This document shows, one piece after another, positions 10,820 through 21,068 of a stretch of DNA of 64,000 nucleotides (within the stretch, counting starts at the first letter, position 1; each line of letters opens with the position of its first letter). This DNA comes from Rebecca billardiae RCC1528. Lineage: Eukaryota; Protista; Haptophyta. The notes under the pieces are model-generated. The model worked only from the letters and a program-made list of their open reading frames with translations. It did not search any database and had not been told where the DNA came from. The position numbers were made by a program, and so were the translations under genes. The DNA lies in NCBI GenBank assembly GCA_965240325.2, contig OZ251245.1, positions 310,001-374,000 on the forward strand. Direction: 5' to 3'.

Positions 10820-11091
10820 CGCGCGACTCCCCTCGGCCCTCGCATGCGCTTTCAATTATTCCGTATGGGGGTACCAGTACTCACGCAAAGGAATCAATTG
10901 CACGCGCTGTATACGGTATACCCCCATGATACAGTTTATACTAAGAATAAGAGACGCACACAGCTCAGGCAGGCGACGACAGTAGTGTCTAGTGATCGAC
11001 CGTGCTTGCCGACGATGACTGACTACGGCCGTCAAACGAAGTGAGTATTTCCGATTATTATTGGACGTCCGGCGTCGGCTCCCGCTCCGGG

Positions 11092-13014
11092 TCACAACCC
11101 CGACGCATCTGCGGCATCATCGGCTGCAGCGACCGCCGCCGGCAGCTGGGACTCAGCGGTCAGCTGCGGCGCTGAGCCTGAGGCCGCCGCACGCTCGCGC
11201 CAATCCCTGTGCTCGCGTGGCGTGCGGCGCGCCGACGAGCTACGCGCCGCGCCGCTGCTCCGCTCGGACCGCTGCCGCCGGAGCGTGGGCTTGAAGTGCG
11301 CGTACGATGGCTTGGGTTTCGACGGCACCGCGACGGCGTGCAGCAGCCCGTCCGGGCCGACCACCTTCTCGATGGCGCGCTCTCCGCGAAGCCGCTGCGC
11401 GAGCTGCGACGTTGGCGTGTCTCGCTCCCGCCGGGGTGCGCCGCGCGCCGCAGCGCCACCCGGCGGCACGCTGCCTGCGGCCGCCCCTGCCGGCCACGGC
11501 GGCGCACGGGGCTCGGCCCGAGCTGGCCGCCGCGCCGCCGCCCCAAGCGCCACCTCCGCGACTTGCTCCCGAAGCGCAAGCGCTGCCGCGGCCTCGTGGC
11601 GTGCGCGGCGCGCTACCACTTCCGCAGCCGCGCGTTCGCTCACCTCCCGCGCCGCCGCCGCCTGCCGCGCGGCGGCCTCGCGCTCGCGCGCCGCGGCCGC
11701 TGCGCGCGCCGCCGCGGCTGCGCGCGCCTGCGCGGCCGCGCGCTCCGCCTCGGCGCGCTCACGCGCCTCCTGTGCGGCCGCGGCCGCGGCGGCCTCCGCG
11801 GCCGCGCGCGCGCGCGCGGCCGCCGCACGCGCCTCCTCCTCCACGCGCGCGCGCGCCGCAGCCGCGCGCTCGGCCTCAGCGCGCTCGCGCGCCTGCCGCG
11901 CGGCGATGGCCGCGGCGGCCTCCGCCGCCGCGCGCGCGCGCGCCTCCGCCGCGCGCGCCTCCGCCTGTGCGCGCTCGCGCGCGCGTCGCGCGACGCGCGG
12001 CGCGATCCGCTGCGCGCCGTCATCACCGGCCAGCCAATCAGAGCGCTCGCAGCAGTTGGCGTAGCCAAAGGGCGCGAAGAGGGCGGGGTCCGCGGCGCGC
12101 ACGGCGGCGGCGAGGGTCGCGTTCGCGCCGAACGAGGCGCGGCACGCCTTGAGCCGGCGCTGCACCCGCCCCGCCCCCGCCGCGCGCGCCTCTGGCGGCG
12201 CCTGCCGCGGATGGGCGAGCAGTGCGCGCGCGCGCGCCCACGCAGCCGCCCCGAGCGGCCGGCCAGACCAGACTTCAAACTGCATGAGGCAGCGCTCGAT
12301 GTCCTCGCCGAGGGTCTCGACGAGCACCCAGCAGTCCGCGTGCGCGAGCGGCTCGAGCGCCGACGCGTTCAGCCGGCGCGCCATCCGCCCCGCCGTGCAC
12401 ACCTCCGCGCCCAGGCCGCCATCGTTGAGCCCATTGCAGTGCGTGTGGCCGTCATTTGGAAAGCAGCCGTGGTCAAGTGAGTAGGCCCAGAGGACATAGG
12501 AGGCGAAGCCGACGGGCTGGGACGGGGCTCGGCGGCCGGGCGCGCGCCGCCGCCGCGCGGCGAGCAGCCACTCGAGCAGCTCGGCCGGCACGGGCGCGTC
12601 GGAGTTCGCGCTCGGCACGGGCACGAACGAGCTGGCCGCGCCGCCGATTCGGAACGGCGTACGCGCGGGCCCGGCGGCATATGAGAGGTAGAGTGTGCAC
12701 GGGTTGCGCATGAGCGCGACGACGAAGTGGGGGCTGCGCACGCCGAGGGCATCGGGAAGCGCCGTCGTCGCGCCCACGGCCACGTACCGCTCGGGCGCCG
12801 CCTGCGAGAGCACGTGCGAGACAAAGCCGCTCGCGGCGCGCGGCGACTGCCGGAGCACGAGCAGCGCATCCGCGGCGGTCGCGCCTTTGGGGAGGGCGGG
12901 GGGCACGCGGCTGCGGTTGTTCTCGCCAACGGACGGGCACCACCGCGAGCCGAGCGCGGCTGGGACCACGATCGTCACCAGCACGAGAGATGTCCTCGCA
13001 ATACTCGAGAACAT
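11092..13014 (-). CDS. Secreted/Golgi sulfotransferase-like protein with an Ala/Glu/Arg coiled-coil C-terminus
   Basis: Signal peptide; VVALMRNPCTLYLSY resembles the 3'-PB motif (RxP...S) and RQSPRAASGF a degenerate 5'-PSB loop; long AEARA repeats. Confidence 0.5.
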   Translation of the reverse strand: MFSSIARTSLVLVTIVVPAALGSRWCPSVGENNRSRVPPALPKGATAADALLVLRQSPRAASGFVSHVLSQAAPERYVAVGATTALPDALGVRSPHFVVALMRNPCTLYLSYAAGPARTPFRIGGAASSFVPVPSANSDAPVPAELLEWLLAARRRRAPGRRAPSQPVGFASYVLWAYSLDHGCFPNDGHTHCNGLNDGGLGAEVCTAGRMARRLNASALEPLAHADCWVLVETLGEDIERCLMQFEVWSGRPLGAAAWARARALLAHPRQAPPEARAAGAGRVQRRLKACRASFGANATLAAAVRAADPALFAPFGYANCCERSDWLAGDDGAQRIAPRVARRARERAQAEARAAEARARAAAEAAAAIAARQARERAEAERAAAARARVEEEARAAAARARAAAEAAAAAAAQEARERAEAERAAAQARAAAAARAAAAAREREAAARQAAAAREVSERAAAEVVARRARHEAAAALALREQVAEVALGAAARRPARAEPRAPPWPAGAAAGSVPPGGAAARGAPRRERDTPTSQLAQRLRGERAIEKVVGPDGLLHAVAVPSKPKPSYAHFKPTLRRQRSERSSGAARSSSARRTPREHRDWRERAAASGSAPQLTAESQLPAAVAAADDAADASGL

Positions 13015-13234
13015 CTCTCACACGCCGGCCGCCATCGTGCCCACACCCACACCCGTCATCTCTCCGTCACTCTCAGTGGCCGTCACGCCGCCGCCGCGGG
13101 ATGAGGGAGATCTCGATGGATCTCCCCGGGCTTGTCGTCAGGAACCTGCGCCGCGGTGCTGCAGCAAGCTGCAAGCGCTCGCTCGGTCACCTACCTCGGG
13201 CTTCTCCCGAGCCGCGGGCTCGAGCCCTGGCGCG

Positions 13235-14797
13235 ATGGCCCCGGCGAAGCTGGCGTGCAAGGCGTGCCGGCTGAGCAAGGTCAAGTGCGACGCGGAGCAG
13301 CGCTCCGGCACCTGCTCGCGATGCGAGCGCCTCGGCCTGAACTGCGTGCCGTGCGGGCCGTGCATGCGCGGCCGGCCAAACGCCAACCGGGATCGCTCGC
13401 GTCTCGGCCCCGCGGTGAAGGCGCTGCTGATCAGCGAGGGCGGCGACGCCGCGGCGGCGAGCAGCGACGGCGAGCGCGGGGCCAGGTCGATCCGCCACCT
13501 CTTCCTCCTCGCGGGCCAGTCCAACATGGCGGGCCGCGGCCGGATGGACGACGGCGACGCGGGGAACGAGGAGTCTGAACTCGACGATGAGCACGAGTGC
13601 GAGCCGGACACGCGCATCCACGTGTTCCGCTCGGAGGCGGAGGGCTGGCAGCCCGCGCGGCACCCGCTGCACCAGGACAAGCCGGCCAAGGCCGGCATCG
13701 GCCCCGGCCTCGCCTTCGCGCGCGCCGTCGTCGACTTCCTGCCGCCGAACGAGAGCGTCGGCCTCGTCGCGTGCGCCGTCGGCGGGTCGCCGATTTCGCA
13801 GTGGGCCGCCGAGCCGGCGGAGCAGCCGGGAGAGCTGTTCCGCGCGGCGGTCGCCACGTTCGCCGTGGCGGCGAAGGCGACCGCCGACGCCGGCGCCGAC
13901 GCCGCGCTGGGCGGCGTGCTCTGGCACCAGGGCGAGTCAGACTGCGCAGCCGCCTGCCCCCGGGCAGCTGAGGGCTACGCCACACGGCTGCGGGCAGTTG
14001 TGCGCGCCCTTCCGGCGGCGTGCGGCGCGCCGTGCGCGCCGGTGATCCTCGGCGAGCTCGGGCTGGAGTTCCTCGACGCCGAGCACGACGCGCGCTTCCA
14101 CGCCGCCCGCGCCATCAACCGCGCCATCGTGCACGTCGGCAGCACCGCCGGACCGAGCGTGAGTGTTGTCTCTGCGCGCGGCCTCGGCCACGTCGGCGAC
14201 CAGCTGCACTTCTCCGCGCGCGCGGCGAACGAGCTGGGCGTGCGGTACGCGTGGCGCTGGCTCGAGCTCACCGGGCGCGTGACGCGCTCGCTGCGCACGC
14301 TCGTCACCGCCGGCGCCGGCGTCGATCGGCCGCTCTGCGATCCTGCTGCGGCGTCGCTGCCGCCGCCCGCTGGCATGGGCTTCGGCGGCGGCGGCGCGCC
14401 CGGCGCTGCGTGCAGCGACGCTCGGTGCCACGCGCCACCGGTGCCCGTGGGCGGCGGCGACGGGGCGCACGCGCCAGCTGCCGGCGCCGGCGGGTGGTGT
14501 GCCGCGGGCGCGGGCCCGGGAGCGGCGAGTGCGCCGCCGCCGCACCTCGGCGGGCCTGGGGCTGGCAGTCGCGAAGTGTGCGGCTGCGGCAGCGTCGCGC
14601 GACCAGGCTGCAGCGCGCCCGCGCTCGGCGCGAGCCCCGGCGACGGCACGATGGGCACAGCCACGGTATGGGTGGCGACTTCCGCCCACGCGGGCGAGCC
14701 GATGGAGTGCGTGGAGGCCGAGCCGCCCGAGGCAGCGGAGTGCCGGAAGCGCGCGCTGGACGCGCTCGCCGCCGCCGAGCCCGCCATCATCGATTGA
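13235..14797 (+). CDS. Zn(II)2Cys6 DNA-binding domain fused to a SASA/CE6-type SGNH carbohydrate esterase, 520 aa
   Basis: CKACRLSKVKC-X8-CSRCERLGLNC, then LAGQSNMAG, GIGPGLAFA, LWHQGESD and DQLHF in one continuous ORF. Confidence 0.85.
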   Translation: MAPAKLACKACRLSKVKCDAEQRSGTCSRCERLGLNCVPCGPCMRGRPNANRDRSRLGPAVKALLISEGGDAAAASSDGERGARSIRHLFLLAGQSNMAGRGRMDDGDAGNEESELDDEHECEPDTRIHVFRSEAEGWQPARHPLHQDKPAKAGIGPGLAFARAVVDFLPPNESVGLVACAVGGSPISQWAAEPAEQPGELFRAAVATFAVAAKATADAGADAALGGVLWHQGESDCAAACPRAAEGYATRLRAVVRALPAACGAPCAPVILGELGLEFLDAEHDARFHAARAINRAIVHVGSTAGPSVSVVSARGLGHVGDQLHFSARAANELGVRYAWRWLELTGRVTRSLRTLVTAGAGVDRPLCDPAAASLPPPAGMGFGGGGAPGAACSDARCHAPPVPVGGGDGAHAPAAGAGGWCAAGAGPGAASAPPPHLGGPGAGSREVCGCGSVARPGCSAPALGASPGDGTMGTATVWVATSAHAGEPMECVEAEPPEAAECRKRALDALAAAEPAIID

Positions 14798-15022
14798 TAC
14801 ATCAGTCATACAGTGACAGCGGTAGTGTCATAATCGTACTATGATACCTACAGTATGGGGGTAATGGGGGTACAGTACAGGCTGCTGGCTGGTCTGTGCA
14901 CGCCGCTTCCGACTTCCGAGGCAGCTGCCGGGCTCACGCCCGTGTGCTGCCGGGCGCACGCCCGCCTATCCGCACGGCGCAACACGCGGAGGGAGGTCAC
15001 CCGGAGGGGCGGACTTTGGAGG

Positions 15023-16627
15023 ATGCGCTGTGCCATCGCGCTCGTCGCGCTCGTTGCGCGCGCCTCCGCCCACCCGTCGGCAGAGGCGAGCGCTGACATC
15101 GGCATCTATCCTGGTTATGACGGCAGCGAGGCTACGCCCGCGGGCGAGGTGCTGGTGCGCAGGGTGGTGGGGACAGACGCCATCAGCATCACGGGGCGTG
15201 TCTCAGGGCTCGAGCCAGGCGTGAGCGGTGCCGGCGTGCACGTCCACGAGGGCACGAGCTGCGCGGACGCCGCCGCCGTCGGCGCTCACCTGCGGCCATC
15301 AGGCGCGGCTGAGGATCCGTGGCGCGACTCAGCATACGACACGGACGAGGCCGGTGTCGCGCAGCTCGGCCTGCTCGTGCGCGCGTTCTCCGTCGACGCT
15401 GCCGAGGCGGACACGCTGATAGGCCACGCCATTGTCTTCCACCTGCGCAGTGGCAAGCGCGCCGGCTGCGGCGTGATTGCAATCTCGGCCAACGCGAGCG
15501 GAGCGCCGCGCCCGCCCGCCGCCGTGGCTCTGCTGCCGCCCCTGGCGCCGCCGCTGGCGGCCGGGCCGCCGCCACCGCCCGCGCCAGCGGCTGCCAACCG
15601 CACCGGCAGAGCACCAGCGCCGCCGCCGCTCCCGCCGGCCGTGCCGCTCCCTCCGTACACGCCAAGAGCAGCGTACAGCTCAAGCGTGCCGCCAGGGCCG
15701 CCTTCGCCGCCAGGGCCGCCTTCGCCGCCACCAGTGCCATCGCCGCCGCCAATGGTGCATCTTCCGCCGGCGTCGACCTGGATGGGCGCGCCGCCGCCCG
15801 CCACTACCCCGGCGGCTGCGTACCCGCCTCCCACGCCGCCGTGGCCGCCGCTGCCCGACGGGCCAACCTGGCTGCCATGGCCGCCGCCGCTGCCGCCGGC
15901 GGCTCGCAGCGCTCCTCGGAGGCCGCCGTCGCCGCCATTCGCTTCGCCGCCGCCGCCGTCGCACGCGCGCGCGCCGCCAGCCAAGCGCAGAGCGCCACCG
16001 CCGGCGCCGGCGCCGGCGTCCTCGCCGCCCTCGTTGCCACGCCCGCCACCGGCGCGCAGCCCAAAGCCGCCCGCCCCACCGCCCTCTCCTGCGCCGCCGC
16101 CGCCGCCGCCCGCATCGCCCGCGCCGCCGCCGATGCCTCCGCCGCCGCCCGACTGCTTGTCCTTCCGATTGGGCACCTGCCAGCTGTGCGCCAGCGCGCG
16201 GGGGTGCGTCTGGCTCACGGAGTCCGGGATGTGCGTGCTCGGGCCGTGCAGGCTCGCGAGCGGCTGCGTGGCGATGCGGAGCGAGTGCCGGGCGCCGACG
16301 AAACTCTCGCCCTCGCCGCCGGCGTTCGGTTCACCGCCGCCGCCGCCCGCCGCTCCCGCAGTCACGCCCGCGGATCAGGGCGCGAGCAGCGCCGTGCCGC
16401 CCGAGGGCAGCAGGCGCGGCGGCGCCGCGCTCATACTCGCGCTCGTGCTCGGCGTCCCGTGTCTGGCGCTGCTCGCCTGGCGCGCCGGCTACCTCCAGCG
16501 CCGCTACTGCCCGTACTGGCCGATGCTGGGCAGTCACGGCGCCTCCGAGTTCGAGCCGATGGAGTTCGAGCTGGGCAACTTCCGCGGCGACCCGACGCAG
16601 AGCGGATACCGGTCGTACCTAGACTAG
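15023..16627 (+). CDS. Membrane-anchored Cu/Zn-SOD-fold protein (Cu-only type) with Pro-rich stalk, PSI-like Cys domain and TM helix, 534 aa
   Basis: Signal MRCAIALVAL; GVHVHEGTSC, GAH, IGHAIVFH, RAGCGVI; ~200 aa poly-Pro; CQLC...GCVW...GMC; TM ALILALVLGVPCLALLAW. Confidence 0.8.
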   Translation: MRCAIALVALVARASAHPSAEASADIGIYPGYDGSEATPAGEVLVRRVVGTDAISITGRVSGLEPGVSGAGVHVHEGTSCADAAAVGAHLRPSGAAEDPWRDSAYDTDEAGVAQLGLLVRAFSVDAAEADTLIGHAIVFHLRSGKRAGCGVIAISANASGAPRPPAAVALLPPLAPPLAAGPPPPPAPAAANRTGRAPAPPPLPPAVPLPPYTPRAAYSSSVPPGPPSPPGPPSPPPVPSPPPMVHLPPASTWMGAPPPATTPAAAYPPPTPPWPPLPDGPTWLPWPPPLPPAARSAPRRPPSPPFASPPPPSHARAPPAKRRAPPPAPAPASSPPSLPRPPPARSPKPPAPPPSPAPPPPPPASPAPPPMPPPPPDCLSFRLGTCQLCASARGCVWLTESGMCVLGPCRLASGCVAMRSECRAPTKLSPSPPAFGSPPPPPAAPAVTPADQGASSAVPPEGSRRGGAALILALVLGVPCLALLAWRAGYLQRRYCPYWPMLGSHGASEFEPMEFELGNFRGDPTQSGYRSYLD

Positions 16628-17062
16628 CAGGAGCAGCCTGCTGGCGGACGCCGTCTGCGTCCGCGCGGGCCGCAACACTAACAATCAGTAAGATAGTATG
16701 GCGCGGGCCGTACCGAGGCGGGGGCGTCGGCCGTCACGACCGCGTACGGGCGCGTACCGGAGCCGCGCCCGCGCTGAGCCTAAGTGCGCCGCGCCGCCCG
16801 CCTTCGATATGATCGATGCGCTATGATGATGGCTACTTCCGATCCGTGAATGAGAATCTGAGACTGAATCGAGTTCGATCTGCCCGTAGTCACTCTGCCA
16901 CTCCGGGCTGGCCGAGCCGCCCCGTTATTGCCCGCGCGTTCTGCGGGCGGCGTTGTCGGTTGCGTACATCAGGACCTCGCGGCGGGCTTACTAGCTGCGA
17001 AGTGCGATGACTACTGCTGATATAAGTGCTATACTTATTAATATATATGTGACTCTTCTCTC

Positions 17063-17063
<1 letters not shown>

Positions 17064-17116
<53 letters not shown>
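17064..17116. repeat. (CT)n microsatellite
   Basis: Directly visible. Confidence 0.95.
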
Positions 17117-17118
<2 letters not shown>

Positions 17119-17765
17119 TAATTATAAATATGATAAGTGCGAGACCCGCGACGAACATCGGCACTTGCAGCTTTGAGCTTATATATACTTTGCTGCTCGG
17201 GTCGTAATTGCCCGCACTAGTCGGCCCGTAGTGGACCCTAACGTGAGTGGCGGCGGCTGACGTGTCAGCCTGCGTCGGGTCAGCCCATATATGTTACGAT
17301 CGGCAGCTTCAGAGTTAGACTTTCCCGGTGGTAAGTATATATAGTATCCATCACATCATAGTTAATAGTAATACGGCTGTGCCAGTGATATAGCCAGGAC
17401 CCCTTGTGCGCTGTCGCGCGCCAGACCCACCAAACCGTTGAGACCGAACCAACTGCGCGGCAGTAGTTCAATTCGTCACTCACTCGGACAGTCTCACTGC
17501 TCTGCTGATCAGACTCTGTGCGCTGTACAATACTGAATACTCAATATACTCTAATGTACAGTTGTGGCACTCTCAAACGACCAGGATGCGATCACAGCTC
17601 CAGTTCTTCAGGACCAACCAAGACCAAGACCAAGTTGGAGCCCGCCTACTCCGACGGAATCTGTCTCATCGCTACACACCACTGGGGCGGCCAGACACGA
17701 CGAAGTCACGAAGCCGCCCGCCGTGGGCAGCGGCACGTCGTTGGGGCGGCCCACGAGCACCCGCG

Positions 17766-20700
17766 ATGGCGAAGAAGAGTGGCGGTGGCGAGGGCGGCGG
17801 CAAGACTCGGCGCGGTGGGCAGGGCCGGCGCGGCGGCACCATCGCCAAGCGGCGCGCGGCGGTCGCGGCCTCGGAGAACATCACGCGCGAGATCGCAGCG
17901 AACATGGCTGGCGGCGCGGGCGGCGGGAAGGGCGGCGGCGGCGGTCAGAACCGGCGCGGCGGGCAGGGCCGGCGCGGCGGGAAGGGCGGCGGCGGCGGTG
18001 GCGGCGGCGGGAGCCAGGGCGCCTCCGTCGCGCAGCTGCACAAGGCCATCCGGCGAGAAGTGAACAAGGACAACGTGCCGGGGGCCCTGGTCGCTTACTC
18101 GCAGCTGCGCGACGCGCGCGCGCGGATGGACGGGCAGACGGTGCACATGCTCGCGATGCTGCTGATCAGCCACGGGCACCTGCGCCCGGCGCTCGAGCTG
18201 CTCCGCGAGGTCGCGCCCTACCGCCCGCTCACGCCCAGCCAGCTGCCCGAGGCACTGAGCAACCTGCCACAGACGATTGACTCGGCCGCCGCGGCGGCCG
18301 TCGTCGACGCGCTCGTCGGCGCGACCGCGTTCGCCGACGGCGACGCCGCGGCGGAGTTCTTCCGCGCGCGGGCGCGCTGGGTCGTGATGGAGTTCGCCGA
18401 CGAGGCGCGCTCCGCGCTCGACGCGATCGCGCACAGCGACCCGTGGGTGCTCGCACGCCAGGGTAGGTGCGTGCTGGGCTGCGCGCTCAGCGCCGGTGGC
18501 AACTCGGGCGAGCTGCTGGCGACGGGCGGCATGGACGCGGGCTCCGACGTGCGCCGGCCGCTCTCGATCGGGGACACCGTCTCGCTCCGCCTCGCGCGCC
18601 CGCCCGCGCCAGCCGCCGCCCCGACGGCGGCCGCCCCAGCCGACGAGTACGGCGAGGGCGCGCTGCCGTCTGCGCGCTCCGCCCTGTCTCTGCTTGAGGG
18701 CAGTTGGATCGAGGCGGAGGTGGTGAGCGCGCGGCCGCTGGTGCTCAAGCCGGTGATCAGCACGATCGCGTCGAGCGTCGCCGGCCTCGTCGGCGCGCCG
18801 CGCGACGCCGAGCAGGGGGCCGCCTCCGCGCCGCCGCTGCCGCCGCCCGACGGCTGCGGCGGCGGCGGCGCCGGGCTCACGCCGGGCGCAGGGAGTGGAC
18901 CTCCGACGCTGCGTGCGCTCTGGTCCGGGGCCGCCGAGCCGCCCGGCGGCGGCTCGGGCGTGTTCGGCCCCGAGCCACGCGCCGCCGACGCCGCGTGCGC
19001 GCCGCGCGTCGTGCGCGCGCCCTCCAAGAACAGCGCTCTCGGCGGCGGGAGCTCGGCCGCGCCCGCCTCCGCCGCGGCGGGCCGTGAGTTTCGTGTCGAC
19101 AAGTTGGCGAATCGAATCACGCTGGAGCGGACGGTGCGCGCGCTGGCGGCGGTGGTGGGCGGCAGCGCGGGCGCGGGGCTGCCCGCGGGCTCCCCGGCCG
19201 CGCCGATCGTCGCCGCGCTGCTCGGCGTCGACGTCGGCGATGCGAGCATCCTCAGCCGCGCGCCGACCGACCGTCCGCTCGTCTGGCCGGCCACTGACCC
19301 GAGCCCGGCGCCGCCGGCCGGCGCGCGGTTGGTGCGCGAGGCGTGCGCGCTGCCGCGCGATGCGGGCATGGCGGCCGACGCGGCGCAGCCGGGCGGCGGC
19401 CTCGGCGCGGCGGGCGGGAGCCTCGCCGAGCGCTTCGGGCTCGCGGCGGCGGCGGCGGCGCCGGGCGGCGGCCAGCGCCCGGCGGCGGCCGCTAGCGCTG
19501 ACTGGCGCATGCCCGGTGCGGCGGCCGCCGCCGCGCCTGGATCCGTCGGCTTCGTCGAGCGCTTCTTGGGCGGGCTGAACCAGTCGCAGGCCGACGCGGT
19601 GCGCGCGGCGTTCGAGCGCCGCCTCACGCTCATCCAGGGCCCGCCGGGCACGGGCAAGACGCGCGTCGCCGTGCGCGTACTGCTTGCTCGCGTGCGCGCG
19701 GGCGATCGCTGCCTCGCGGCATCCGACTCGAATATTGCCGTCGACAACCTGCTCAGCGGGCTGGTGGCGCTCGGGCTGCGCGCGGTGCGCGTCGGCCGGC
19801 CCGAGTCGACGCGGCCCGACCTGCTCCCGTACTGCGCCGACGAGATCGGCCTGCGCGCCGGCGGCCGGCGCAGCGAGCAGCTGCAGGCGCGGATGCGCGC
19901 CGTGCAGCGCGCGGAGGTGGTCTGTGCGACGTGTGTGGGCGCGGGCGCGCCCGTCCTCGATCGGCAGCAGTTCCACACGGTGCTGGTGGACGAGGCGTGC
20001 CAGGCGACCGACGCGGCGACGATCGTGCCGCTCACGCGCGGGTGCCAGTCCCTCGTCCTCGTGGGCGACCAGTGCCAGCTCCCGCCAACCGTCACCTCGG
20101 AGGACGCGAAGGCGGGCGGCGCGGCGGTGTCCTTATTTGAACGGCTGCTGCTCGCGGGCGTAGCTCCGCACATGCTGCGCACGCAGTACCGCATGCACCC
20201 GGCCATCGCCGCGTTCCCGTCGGACTGCTTCTACCAGGGCGCGGTGGACTCCGGCGTGCGCGCCGCCGAGCGCCCCGCGCCGCCGGGCTTCAGCTGGCCG
20301 CGCGCCGAGACCCCCGTCGCCTTCCTCCACACGCTCGGCGCGGGCGGCGAGTCGTCCGAAGGCGTGAGCAAGCTTAATCAGGCGGAGGCGGAGGTGGTGG
20401 CCCACCTCGTGCACAGCGTGCTGTACGCGGGCGGGCTGCGCGCGGCGGAGGTGGGCGTGATCTCGCCGTACGCGGCGCAGTGCACGCTGCTCAAGCGCGC
20501 GCTCTCCCGCTCGCTCGGCCGCGAGCACGGCCGCGCGGTCGAGGTCGCGTCCGTCGACGGCTTCCAGGGCCGCGAGAAGGAACTGATGGTTGTCTCAACC
20601 GTGCGCGCCAACGCGCGCGGCAGTGTCGGCTTCCTTGCGGACTGGCGGCGGGCGAACGTGGCGCTCACGCGCGCGAAGCGCGGGCTGATCGTCGTCGGCG

Positions 20701-21068
20701 ACGCGCAGACGCTGCTCCGCGAGCACCGCGCGTGGGCGCCGTTCCTCCACTGGTGCTCACACCACGGCGTCCTGGTGGGCCATGCGCCGCTGCCGGGCGG
20801 ATATGACCCAGCCGCGACGCGCGCGCTCGGCGCCGGGACGCCCGTCGCGATGCTGCCCGCCGCGCCGCCGCCGGGCGCGGCGGGCGGCGTTGGCGCTGCC
20901 GAGGCGGGGCGCAGGCCGAGGGACGAGGGCGACGACGACGACGACGACGAGGGCGCGGAGCGCGCCAAGCGGCGGCGCAGCCGGTGGCAGGACGTGGACA
21001 GCGCGGCCGCGTCGACCGCGCCGCGCGCGCGCACAGAATTTGAAGACCTGTGGGCGCCGCCGCGCTAG
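17766..21068 (+). CDS. UPF1/DNA2-NAM7-like superfamily 1 helicase
   Basis: LNQSQ, QGPPGTGKT, SNIAVD, DEACQA, GDQCQLPP, QYRMHP, ISPY, VDGFQGREK, RRANVALTRAK; Gly/Arg-rich N-terminus; no UPF1 CH zinc domain seen. Confidence 0.92.
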   Translation: MAKKSGGGEGGGKTRRGGQGRRGGTIAKRRAAVAASENITREIAANMAGGAGGGKGGGGGQNRRGGQGRRGGKGGGGGGGGGSQGASVAQLHKAIRREVNKDNVPGALVAYSQLRDARARMDGQTVHMLAMLLISHGHLRPALELLREVAPYRPLTPSQLPEALSNLPQTIDSAAAAAVVDALVGATAFADGDAAAEFFRARARWVVMEFADEARSALDAIAHSDPWVLARQGRCVLGCALSAGGNSGELLATGGMDAGSDVRRPLSIGDTVSLRLARPPAPAAAPTAAAPADEYGEGALPSARSALSLLEGSWIEAEVVSARPLVLKPVISTIASSVAGLVGAPRDAEQGAASAPPLPPPDGCGGGGAGLTPGAGSGPPTLRALWSGAAEPPGGGSGVFGPEPRAADAACAPRVVRAPSKNSALGGGSSAAPASAAAGREFRVDKLANRITLERTVRALAAVVGGSAGAGLPAGSPAAPIVAALLGVDVGDASILSRAPTDRPLVWPATDPSPAPPAGARLVREACALPRDAGMAADAAQPGGGLGAAGGSLAERFGLAAAAAAPGGGQRPAAAASADWRMPGAAAAAAPGSVGFVERFLGGLNQSQADAVRAAFERRLTLIQGPPGTGKTRVAVRVLLARVRAGDRCLAASDSNIAVDNLLSGLVALGLRAVRVGRPESTRPDLLPYCADEIGLRAGGRRSEQLQARMRAVQRAEVVCATCVGAGAPVLDRQQFHTVLVDEACQATDAATIVPLTRGCQSLVLVGDQCQLPPTVTSEDAKAGGAAVSLFERLLLAGVAPHMLRTQYRMHPAIAAFPSDCFYQGAVDSGVRAAERPAPPGFSWPRAETPVAFLHTLGAGGESSEGVSKLNQAEAEVVAHLVHSVLYAGGLRAAEVGVISPYAAQCTLLKRALSRSLGREHGRAVEVASVDGFQGREKELMVVSTVRANARGSVGFLADWRRANVALTRAKRGLIVVGDAQTLLREHRAWAPFLHWCSHHGVLVGHAPLPGGYDPAATRALGAGTPVAMLPAAPPPGAAGGVGAAEAGRRPRDEGDDDDDDEGAERAKRRRSRWQDVDSAAASTAPRARTEFEDLWAPPR

